Notes under the pieces: model-generated
What the model was told of the DNA's origin: nothing
Databases searched by the model: none
The model's input: the letters and a program-made list of their open reading frames with translations, nothing else
Assembly (NCBI GenBank): GCA_965223295.1
Contig: CBDCWC010000003.1
Coordinates: 1-64,000, forward strand
DNA length: 64,000 nt
DNA from: Nitrospirales bacterium
Lineage (GTDB): Bacteria; Nitrospirota; Nitrospiria; Nitrospirales; UBA8639
Reading direction: 5' to 3'
Shown: positions 29,004 to 37,620 of the stretch, piece after piece
Numbering within the stretch: the stretch's first letter is position 1
How the letters are laid out: the number at the start of each line of letters is the position of its first letter
Translations under genes and position numbers: made by a program

Positions 29004-29255
29004 TTAGGTCCCCCAAAATTGGGATAGCACCAAATAGATCCATGATGCCCCAAAAATATACGTGATTTCTTTTTCACCAATCTGCTTGTGCAACACACGA
29101 TATCCGATAATCGGTACAATCGCTAGCACCGCGGCCGAGAAAAAAGCACCCACGACATCGCCAACAATCCTGGCGGGATCCGTGTTACCTGGCAACGCCA
29201 GCATAAGACTTCCACCAAGCATGGCAGCCCACAACCACCGAATACTGATGTCCAT
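29004..29255 (-). CDS. Hypothetical small membrane protein
   Basis: About 83 aa, three hydrophobic segments. Confidence 0.6.
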   Translation of the reverse strand: MDISIRWLWAAMLGGSLMLALPGNTDPARIVGDVVGAFFSAAVLAIVPIIGYRVLHKQIGEKEITYIFGASWIYLVLSQFWGT

Positions 29256-29355
29256 GTATAGCCTAGATCGAACCTGAAGGTACGGTATACAAGAGAACTC
29301 GCTGAGGTCTTTCATAACGAGAATACTGTCTAGAGTCAACCGCCACTACCAAATA

Positions 29356-29405
29356 AGGGGTCAGACTCGAATTAATTCTGGACATTTAGTTCGCGTCTGA
29401 CCCCT
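29356..29405. repeat. REP-like palindrome, same family as 26482
   Basis: AGGGGTCAGACTCGAATTAA-10nt-TTAGTTCGCGTCTGACCCCT. Confidence 0.8.
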
Positions 29406-29477
29406 ATTATCTAGGTTCAGCGACCTTCTTAATTTGCCGAAAAGGTGTACAATATAAAGTGAAAGGGAAGGTGGCAT

Positions 29478-32462
29478 ATGGCCTCTCACGACCTTTTAGA
29501 CCCGTCGATTCGGCAGATCGAACAGATACTTGCCAAACAATCCCATTCGCATACTCCTGGTCTCTTAGACCATCGCTGGTGGACGCGTCTTCTTTTGGAT
29601 TGGGGGACTCGTGATGAACAGTTCAAAGTGCAACTGTTTCGGTTTATTGATGTCCTCCCCGCCCTACAGACTGATGAACAATTTATCCGTCTCCTGCATG
29701 AGTATTTTCATGATGTGCACTCTCTCCCCTCCGCGCTTCGGTGGATCCTGAATCGCAGCCTGCACAACCCCATAATGGCCCGAGTCGGCACCCGGGTCTT
29801 GCGATATCAATTTCTAAAAATGGCCTACACCTTCATGGCTGGGCAATCTGTTGAACTCGCCCTCCCCACTCTGACTGATTTATGGAACCATCGCTATGCC
29901 AGCTCGATTGACTTGTTGGGAGAAGCCACAGTCAGTGAAGCCGAAGCAGATAGCTATCATGATCGCTGCCTTCAAACGTTAACGTTTCTTGAAAAAGCAA
30001 CCTTGGCGTGGCCCCCTCAACCCATATTGGAAAAAGATCATCTTGGCTCTCTTCCTCGCATTCAGCTCTCCATCAAACTTTCGGCTTTGTACTCTCAACT
30101 CGATCCCATTGACTTTAACGCCAGCTACGACGGTATCGCCCCTCGCCTACGGTCCATTCTTGAGAAGGCTCAAAGTCTTCCTGTCGCTGTGACATTTGAT
30201 ATGGAACAGGCCGAATTAGAACCGCTTATTCTCTACGTGTTTACACGGCTGCTTTCTGAACCAACGTTCAAAGACTATCCACATGCCGGCATTGCTCTTC
30301 AGGCCTACCTTACCCATTCCAAACAAACCCTCGAGACACTATTGGATTGGGGAAAAGCCCGAGAAACTCCCTTTGGTATTCGTTTGGTGAAAGGAGCCTA
30401 TTGGGATTCAGAGGTCATTCGCTATCAACAACGAGGGTGGCCTGTCCCCGTCTACCTCAACAAAAAGGAGACCGATGCCAACTATAAAGCTTTGGCCAAG
30501 ACTATTTTGGAACATCACGCTTTCCTTCGGCCTGCCTTTGGTTCTCACCATATTCCGACCCTTGCTTATGTTCAGGCCATGAGCACCCATCTTCACTTGC
30601 CTCACGAAACCTGTGAATATCAAATGCTGTATGGCATGGCCAAACCATTGCGAGAGTCAATCATCGAACAAGGATTCCGCTTCAGAGTCTACACTCCAAT
30701 TGGAGAACTCATTCCAGGCATGTCCTATTTGGTGCGCCGCTTACTGGAAAACACGGCAAACGAAAGTATTATCAATGCACAATACGAAAAGACAGAATAC
30801 CCACCTGACTCCCTGGTGTTCCCACCACCTATCGACGAGGAGGAACCCAAGACCTCGTTGGCGACGACTGAACCATCTTCAACAACATTAGAGACTCAAG
30901 ACATTTTTCAAAACGAACCTCATACGGATTTTTCTTGCGAGAAGGCCCACCATTTCATCCCTACGGCCTTTGATCAGATCATGCCACTTCTGGGACAAAC
31001 CATTACCTACCCCGTTGCGGCAAACATCTCGTGCCAGGGCCCGACATTGGTGTCCAGCAATCCCAGTCAACCTGACCAGGTCATCGCCGCATTTCCAACA
31101 GTCTCTCCCGACGACATAGAGCCTCTTATCCAAGAAGCACAAGCTCACATGGCGTCCTGGCGTCGCGTTCCGGCTGAAACTCGTTCCGACTTTTTATTTC
31201 GCACAGCCACTCTCATGCGCACCCAACGCGCTGAATTGGCGGCATGGGAAATTTTAGAAACAGGCAAACCCTGGAGAGAGGCTGATGCAGACGTGGCGGA
31301 AGCGATCGATTTTCTTGAATTCTACGGTCGGGAAATGCAACGGCTAGGCCCACTCCAACGACTTGGAATAGAACCTGGCGAACTCAATCACCGAACCTAT
31401 CTTCCTCGAGGCCTAGCCTTAGTATTACCGCCCTGGAACTTTTCCCTAGCCATTCCAACAGGACTCGTCTCCGCCGCATTGGTCACGGGAAACATCGTGC
31501 TATTTAAACCTTCTGAACGGGCACCAATGATGGGCTATCGTCTATACCGGCTGTTCAAAGAAGCTGGTCTTCCCGAAGGAGTTCTGCAATTTCTACCCGG
31601 AGGCCCAGAACTCGGTAAAGCATTAGTACAACATCCCTCTATTCATATGATTGCATTTACCGGATCACGAACGGTGGGTCTAAACATTCTTCGAGAAGCC
31701 AGTCAAATTTCTCCAACACAACGGCACATCAAACATGTCATTGCAGAAATGGGAGGAAAGAATGCCATCATCGTGGATGAGACTGCCGATTTGGATGAAG
31801 CCGTCACCGGAGTGCTCGAAAGTGCGACCGGGTATCAAGGGCAAAAATGTTCGGCTTGCTCCAGAGTGATTGTCGCGGAGAGCGTGTACTCCATATTTCT
31901 TGAACGTTTGAAACAAGCGGCGACAGACATTCCTGTCGGTCCCGCAATAGAAGCAAAGAACCGTATGGGACCGCTCATTGATGATCGTGCGTTTGAAAGA
32001 GTTCGCCATTTTGTCGAACTCGGGAAAAAAGATGGACAGTGCATCTTGGATCGACAAGTCATGGGCCCAGGCTACTTCCAAGGGCCGGTCATTCTGACAA
32101 ACCTTCCGCCTTCCCACCCCGTCGTTCAAGAAGAACTATTTGGACCTGTCATGGTGGTGTTTCAAGTTCAGACAATTCAAGAAGCCTTAACACTCGCCAA
32201 CGATTCTCCATTTGCCCTGACAGGAGGGATTTACTCCCGTAGTCCTGCTAACCTTCAAACGGTTCGTGAAACGTTTGATGTGGGAAACCTCTACATCAAT
32301 CGACCCATAACTGGATCACTAGTGAGTCGACAACCATTTGGAGGTCATCGACTCTCTGGGATTGGGAAGAAAGCCGGGGGGCACGGATATCTTGAACAAT
32401 TCATGGTCGAAAAGATCACCACAGAAAATACTCTCCGCCGAGGTTTTGCTCCAACCTCATAA
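29478..32462 (+). CDS. putA: Bifunctional proline dehydrogenase / P5C dehydrogenase
   Basis: DLLGE, RLVKGAYW, YLVRRLLEN; ALDH part PWNF, FTGS, EMGGKN, GQKCSACSR, EELFGP. Confidence 0.95.
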   Translation: MASHDLLDPSIRQIEQILAKQSHSHTPGLLDHRWWTRLLLDWGTRDEQFKVQLFRFIDVLPALQTDEQFIRLLHEYFHDVHSLPSALRWILNRSLHNPIMARVGTRVLRYQFLKMAYTFMAGQSVELALPTLTDLWNHRYASSIDLLGEATVSEAEADSYHDRCLQTLTFLEKATLAWPPQPILEKDHLGSLPRIQLSIKLSALYSQLDPIDFNASYDGIAPRLRSILEKAQSLPVAVTFDMEQAELEPLILYVFTRLLSEPTFKDYPHAGIALQAYLTHSKQTLETLLDWGKARETPFGIRLVKGAYWDSEVIRYQQRGWPVPVYLNKKETDANYKALAKTILEHHAFLRPAFGSHHIPTLAYVQAMSTHLHLPHETCEYQMLYGMAKPLRESIIEQGFRFRVYTPIGELIPGMSYLVRRLLENTANESIINAQYEKTEYPPDSLVFPPPIDEEEPKTSLATTEPSSTTLETQDIFQNEPHTDFSCEKAHHFIPTAFDQIMPLLGQTITYPVAANISCQGPTLVSSNPSQPDQVIAAFPTVSPDDIEPLIQEAQAHMASWRRVPAETRSDFLFRTATLMRTQRAELAAWEILETGKPWREADADVAEAIDFLEFYGREMQRLGPLQRLGIEPGELNHRTYLPRGLALVLPPWNFSLAIPTGLVSAALVTGNIVLFKPSERAPMMGYRLYRLFKEAGLPEGVLQFLPGGPELGKALVQHPSIHMIAFTGSRTVGLNILREASQISPTQRHIKHVIAEMGGKNAIIVDETADLDEAVTGVLESATGYQGQKCSACSRVIVAESVYSIFLERLKQAATDIPVGPAIEAKNRMGPLIDDRAFERVRHFVELGKKDGQCILDRQVMGPGYFQGPVILTNLPPSHPVVQEELFGPVMVVFQVQTIQEALTLANDSPFALTGGIYSRSPANLQTVRETFDVGNLYINRPITGSLVSRQPFGGHRLSGIGKKAGGHGYLEQFMVEKITTENTLRRGFAPTS

Positions 32463-32644
32463 GACATAATCTATCCGAAAACAACCAGTTTCAGGTTCAC
32501 CTTCTCTGTCTCAAAACCTTCATTGTACAAATGAGAACTTTTCAACATGCGACCAGAACTCTCAAAACCTCAATAAAATCCACAACCTAGATACAGGTCA
32601 AATGGATACAAAAAAGGGAACACTGTTCTCAAAGATTCGCCTCA

Positions 32645-32673
32645 TTGACATTTTTTCTACAGAGGCATAACAT
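32645..32673 (+). promoter_or_regulatory. Sigma70-type promoter
   Basis: TTGACA-17bp-TAACAT. Confidence 0.65.
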
Positions 32674-33110
32674 TCTACACGGTAGAGGTTTATAGACCTG
32701 GGAACGGGGAGATACGACGTACTTTCCCGCCCCAGATTTCAATATGAGGAGGTTGCAATATGAACGACCTCAGTCCACCAAAAAAGTAAGGCCCGTGGCG
32801 GGCGCAAGTATGATCTCCTCTACTCTGGAGGACGACTCTAGAAAGGATATCTCATCAACAACACCGATGCTGTAGGCATGTGATAGGTCTGAAGGCCTTA
32901 AGATATGTTCAAGTGAGATCCACTTTCTACGGTCAAAGAATTTGTGGGGTACGTCATTGACAAGTCAACACATATTAAAAGGTTCAAGAGGAACCCAACC
33001 ACAATAGTCTACTCTCCAAGGGCCTAGATGCCGACGGCGAAAAGGAAGGGGAGATTTCGCAGCCATCGGGTTACAGACAATTGAATTTCCGGCACATCAT
33101 GTGCCTATTG

Positions 33111-33150
33111 AACGAGGGCCCTCTTTTCTATGAAAAGAGGGCCCTCGTTT
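33111..33150. terminator. Strong hairpin / intrinsic terminator
   Basis: AACGAGGGCCCTCTTTTC-TAT-GAAAAGAGGGCCCTCGTT perfect 18-bp stem. Confidence 0.75.
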
Positions 33151-33514
33151 GTGAACCAGCAAAAAAACGAAAATAATTTCTGTTAAAATCTATTCCTGTG
33201 ATCTCCAGTTCCCTAAGATCTACTCTCCGCAAGTCCCAACTTGCGAGGTTAGGTTTTTACCTTCCTTGAACAAGGCGATGAATTGAGTAATCCTCGCATC
33301 TTCAGGTAACTGACACACAGGATCTGTTGGAATCTTTCGCTCCACAGATTGTACCCTTTTCCTCTATTCGTGCTCTCCAGCCAGAACCTCTGATAAAAAC
33401 TTCCTTTAGGTTTTTTCTTATCCAGTAGACATCCTTTGGCATAGAGAGGCACAAAAGGCCAATTTGAGTCAAATGCAGGTCAATCGGTTTTTGCCATTTT
33501 TTAGGTTCAACCCC

Positions 33515-33541
33515 TAAATTCTGTCTTGTATTTACCGATTG
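33515..33541 (+). promoter_or_regulatory. Sigma28 (FliA)-like promoter upstream of motA
   Basis: TAAA-N15-ACCGATTG vs consensus TAAA-N15-GCCGATAA. Confidence 0.55.
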
Positions 33542-33727
33542 ATAGTAGTTAAGAAGCTGCAGAAGACGAGAAAACTCCGATGCCTCAACAAATGGTGTAT
33601 GACGGAAAGCTCAGAAGTCTCGCTGTTTGAAAGTTCTGACCCAGGACCCTACACGCAGGTGACTAATGTCCCGTTCTTACCCACTCGCTCGAGAGTTTCA
33701 CTTAACTAAGTACTGGGAGTTTTTATC

Positions 33728-34585
33728 ATGCTAGTTATCGTTGGATACATTATCATTATTATTTCTGTATTTGGCGGCTTTGCACTCGCTGGTGGACATA
33801 TCGCCTCACTTTGGCAACCAGTTGAAGTACTCATGATCGCTGGCGGTGCAATCGGAGCATTTGTGGTCGGGAACTCAAACAAAGCCATTAAGGCCACACT
33901 GAAAAACTTGCCCGGCGTGTTTAAAGAAACTCCATATAATAAAGCCATGTACATGCAACTCATGTCATTACTCTACCTGATCTTAAATAAAATCAAAAAA
34001 GAAGGCTTGTTATCAATTGAAGCTGACGTTGACAATCCAAAACAAAGCGACATATTCAAAAAGTTCCCCAAAATTCTTGAAGATCATCATGCGACTGAAT
34101 TTTTGACTGATTATTTAAGACTGATGGTTGGAGGCAACCTCAATTCGATGGAAATTGAGAATTTGATGGATTGTGAATTGGAAACACACCATCAGGAAGG
34201 AGAAGTGCCCATTCATACTCTTTCCAAGCTTGGGGATGGATTGCCAGCATTTGGTATTATTGCTGCCGTTATGGGCGTTGTCCATACGATGGAATCAGTG
34301 CATCTCCCTCCCTCTGAATTAGGCGTGCTGATTGCTGCTGCATTAGTGGGAACCTTTTTAGGTATTCTCCTTGCCTATGGATTTATCAGTCCCCTAGCCG
34401 GCAAGCTTGAACATCGACTCCATGAATCGAGCAAATTATTTGAATGTATAAAAATCACACTGTTAGCAAATCTTAACGGGTACTCTCCCGTGCTGGCTTG
34501 TGAGTTTGGCAGGAAAGCCTTATTTACAAGTGAAAGGCCATCATTTTTGGAATTGGAAAAGCATATAAAGGGAAGTAAAGGCTGA
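33728..34585 (+). CDS. motA: Flagellar stator protein MotA
   Basis: DYLRL..MEIE, GDGLPAFGIIAAVMGVV, ALVGTFLGILLAYG, EFGRKAL..RPSF. Confidence 0.97.
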   Translation: MLVIVGYIIIIISVFGGFALAGGHIASLWQPVEVLMIAGGAIGAFVVGNSNKAIKATLKNLPGVFKETPYNKAMYMQLMSLLYLILNKIKKEGLLSIEADVDNPKQSDIFKKFPKILEDHHATEFLTDYLRLMVGGNLNSMEIENLMDCELETHHQEGEVPIHTLSKLGDGLPAFGIIAAVMGVVHTMESVHLPPSELGVLIAAALVGTFLGILLAYGFISPLAGKLEHRLHESSKLFECIKITLLANLNGYSPVLACEFGRKALFTSERPSFLELEKHIKGSKG

Positions 34586-34627
34586 CAATCATACTCATTA
34601 ATGATATCCCGCTACTGAAGGTAACAT

Positions 34628-35515
34628 ATGGCTGAAAAAGCGTCCCAACAACCTATTGTCGTAAAAAAAGTCAAGAAAGTTGTAAGTGGCGGGCATGGCG
34701 GAGCTTGGAAAATTGCCTACGCTGACTTTGTGACCGCTATGATGGCCTTTTTTCTATTGATGTGGTTATTGGGATCAGTAGATGGGGGGAAACTAGTAGG
34801 AATTGCCGAGTATTTTAAAACCCCATTACAAGTGGCAATGGGAAAGCCTGGGACTGGTGATGCATCAAGTGTTGTAGAAGGTGGAGGAAAAGATCTGACA
34901 CGCGATACGGGTCAAGTGCAAAAAGGCGCGGCACAGAGCCCTATAGACAGTACTGCCCGAGCGGCACGTGCACGCGAAGAGGTTATTCGCCTGAAGCAAT
35001 TAAAAAGCAAAATCGAAAAAGCCATTGAAGTCAATCCGGCATTACGAAAATTTAAAGACCAGCTACTGTTGGATATCACTACAGATGGTCTGCGTATCCA
35101 AATTGTTGATGCACGAAATCGCCCCATGTTTGCAAGTGGACGAGCAGACGTGCAGCCCTATACACGAGCGATACTCCGTGAGATTGGCGAGACTCTCAAT
35201 AATGTTCCCAATAAGATTAGTCTTTCAGGACATACTGATGCCACACCATTCCCTTCTGGGAACAACGGATATAGTAACTGGGAACTGTCTGCAGATCGTG
35301 CAAATGCCTCAAGAAGAGAACTAGTTGCAGGCGGTATGGACACGAACAAAGTGTTACGAGTCGTAGGGTTATCGTCTGCAGTTTTATTTGACAAAAATGA
35401 GCCACATAACCCCATCAATCGTCGTATTTCTATTACAGTGATGAACCAAAAGGCTGAAAACGCAGTGACAAAAGATGTTGGCGGCAACCAACTAACTTTC
35501 AATTCAGGCCTTTAA
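34628..35515 (+). CDS. motB: Flagellar stator protein MotB
   Basis: GGAWKIAYADFVTAMMAFF; OmpA-like GHTD, NWELSADRA, NRRI. Confidence 0.97.
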   Translation: MAEKASQQPIVVKKVKKVVSGGHGGAWKIAYADFVTAMMAFFLLMWLLGSVDGGKLVGIAEYFKTPLQVAMGKPGTGDASSVVEGGGKDLTRDTGQVQKGAAQSPIDSTARAARAREEVIRLKQLKSKIEKAIEVNPALRKFKDQLLLDITTDGLRIQIVDARNRPMFASGRADVQPYTRAILREIGETLNNVPNKISLSGHTDATPFPSGNNGYSNWELSADRANASRRELVAGGMDTNKVLRVVGLSSAVLFDKNEPHNPINRRISITVMNQKAENAVTKDVGGNQLTFNSGL

Positions 35516-35551
35516 TCTGAATTCGATATTTTCGTAGTATCGAGTACTGTC

Positions 35552-36319
35552 ATGTTATTACACACTTCAACTAGCCGCTCTCCTGCATGCGTCGCACTAC
35601 TCACACAAGTCGGTTCTTCGCTCACGATCCTTCTCCTAATCATCATTTTTCCTGACCACAAACTCAGCATATTTCAATGGGCCATGACGCAAGGGGTTCT
35701 CGCTGCCATGATGGGTCTTCGATTGCAAATGGCGAAATGGTGGATAATCATACACTTGCTATTTATGCCTACACTCATCGCAACTTTAACGTTAGACCTG
35801 CCTCCGATCTGGTTTTTCATAGGATTTCTGGTATTAATGTTGATTTATGGAAAAACCTATCAGACTCAAGTCCCACTCTATCTTTCAAGTCAAGAAGTGA
35901 CGAAGGCACTAGTTTCATTTCTTCCTCAGCAGAGCAATTTTTCGTTTATTGATCTGGGCTGTGGATGCGGTGGACTCCTAAAAAACCTCAGTCAAATGCA
36001 GTCGAATGGCATCTACTATGGGATTGAAGCTGCACCTCTACCATACTTAGTGAGCAAGCTACGAAATCTAGTTTCTGCACCCAACAATAGAATTAGATGG
36101 GGAAATTTTTGGAAAAATAACCTCACGCATTATGATGTGGTCTATGCCTACCTCTCTCCTGTACCCATGAAATCACTGTGGGAAAAGGCACAACAGGAAA
36201 TGCAACCTGGCAGTATTTTTATCAGTAACAGTTTTAGCATCCCAGGCGTTTTGCCCGAGAAAGTCTTAACAATCAATGATTGTTCTGGTTCAACTTTATA
36301 TATGTGGCGGATAGAATGA
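35552..36319 (+). CDS. Membrane-anchored class I SAM-dependent methyltransferase
   Basis: N-terminal TM helices; VPLYLS, FIDLGCGCGG, YDVVYAYLSP, ISNSF. Confidence 0.85.
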   Translation: MLLHTSTSRSPACVALLTQVGSSLTILLLIIIFPDHKLSIFQWAMTQGVLAAMMGLRLQMAKWWIIIHLLFMPTLIATLTLDLPPIWFFIGFLVLMLIYGKTYQTQVPLYLSSQEVTKALVSFLPQQSNFSFIDLGCGCGGLLKNLSQMQSNGIYYGIEAAPLPYLVSKLRNLVSAPNNRIRWGNFWKNNLTHYDVVYAYLSPVPMKSLWEKAQQEMQPGSIFISNSFSIPGVLPEKVLTINDCSGSTLYMWRIE

Positions 36320-36364
36320 GAGCTTGCTGAAGAAATCGCCACGACAGGATTTAGAAGGAAAAAA

Positions 36365-36410
36365 TGGTTGGGGGAAAAGGATTCGAACCCTCACAATCAG
36401 AACCAGAATC
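36365..36410 (-). repeat. Displaced 3' part of tRNA-Gln (att-type direct repeat)
   Basis: 46 bp matching 37386-37431 with two mismatches. Confidence 0.85.
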
Positions 36411-36791
36411 CTATACCACCAACTTGTGATCCAGGGTGATTAGGTGAGATGGAATGCCACAACCCTTGCACCAAGACAAGGCGTTCAAGCGTTTTGGTTG
36501 TGATCTAGTGTGATTGAGATAGATCTTGAACTGGGAGTATTTTTTTAAACGGTTCATGATAGCAAACGAAATTCACAGCTATCGAATCAGGTAGGACTCA
36601 GGCAAGCAGATAGAGTTACTGAAACTAAAACGCTTCTGAGAAATATAGGGTTTCGATTTCTTGGTTCATATGAAGTGCTTCGGTTTTCATGTAGCTCGAT
36701 CTGGCAAAAGCCGGTTGCCTTGACAATAAAAAATACCCTTTCAAGGAAAAGGAGGAGGCCCCATAGCACCTCCCCCTTCAAATGCTAAGAA

Positions 36792-37086
36792 TTAGTGGGC
36801 TTTCTTGGCATGCCCTTTCTTTTTCCCATGGTCATCTCCGGCCTTCCCGTGCTCGTCACCGGCTTTTCCATGGTCTTGTCCTGCTTGACCATGTTCGCTC
36901 CCCTTACCATGCTCACCGGCTTTTCGATGACTATCACCGGCCTTCCCGTGTTTCTCACCAGCTTTACCCTTAGCAATCATGATGGGTGACCCCTGGGGGG
37001 ATAATTCGACGGCTTGTGCCGCACCGAATCCTATAAAGGAAATACCAAAGACCCCCAACAATTAGAAACGAAAAAGTTTTAGCCAT
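36792..37086 (-). pseudogene. Secreted His/Gly/Lys-rich heptad-repeat protein, frameshifted near its N-terminus
   Basis: AGGAGG RBS + ATG 37086 (MAKTFSFL) joins LLGVFGISFIGFGAAQA..(GKAGDEH)n by one-base shift near 37063. Confidence 0.6.
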
Positions 37087-37218
37087 TCTGGCCGTCCTCC
37101 TGTTAAGGGAAAAGATTGGATCCTCGAGTGTCCCAAGCTGGAGCACTTTCTTGAGGACCACTCGTAACACTCGATAAATCTTATCAGGCCATAGACTAAT
37201 TACAAGGGCCAATAATTG

Positions 37219-37330
37219 ATCCCCGCCGCAAGCAGACGGGGTATTCAATGGAAGCATTATCGGTTGAGAAACCACGGTTTCTCAAACTCTCCCCTTGGTT
37301 AGGCATCCCCATAGCAAGCTATGGGGAATA
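37219..37330. repeat. Two REP-like hairpins centred on GCAAGC
   Basis: CCCCGCCGCAAGCAGACGGGG and TCCCCATAGCAAGCTATGGGGA. Confidence 0.5.
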
Positions 37331-37385
37331 CTTTGATTCAAATGGTTTTGGTAAACTCTAGCCGGAATCTAATGGGGAGAAAAGC

Positions 37386-37459
37386 TGGCTGGGGGAGAAG
37401 GATTCGAACCCTCACAATCAGAACCAGAATCTGACGTCCTACCCTTAGACGATCCCCCA
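37386..37459 (-). tRNA. tRNA-Gln (anticodon CTG)
   Basis: TGGGGGATCGTCTAAGGGTAGGAC..TCAGA-TTCTGGT-TCTGA..GGTTCGAATCC..CCA, 74 nt cloverleaf. Confidence 0.95.
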
Positions 37460-37620
37460 ACGTAGAATGAGCTTAATTCAGGATTGACATGCAGTCAAGA
37501 CGAAGAAGGGAACTTCTGTAACGATTCCTTCAGACACTTTTCCTGCCGAGCATTTTCCCCTCACCCCACCCTCTTCCCCAAGGGCCAGGGATCAGAAAGA
37601 AAAATAGCCGCTCTAGAAGA

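Noticed and set aside
33160-33480. Short minus-strand ORFs upstream of motA
   Set aside because: No recognisable family or RBS; possibly decayed DNA, cannot be supported
34700-34775. Leu at the MotB position equivalent to E. coli V43 as a Na+-coupling signature
   Set aside because: FFLLMWL is common in proteobacterial MotB; not diagnostic
36365-36410. Second tRNA gene
   Set aside because: Only the 3' 46 nt are present; no D-arm or 5' acceptor strand
37556-37590. CCCTCACCCCACCCTC..AGGG REP-like motif
   Set aside because: Single degenerate copy; too weak to call
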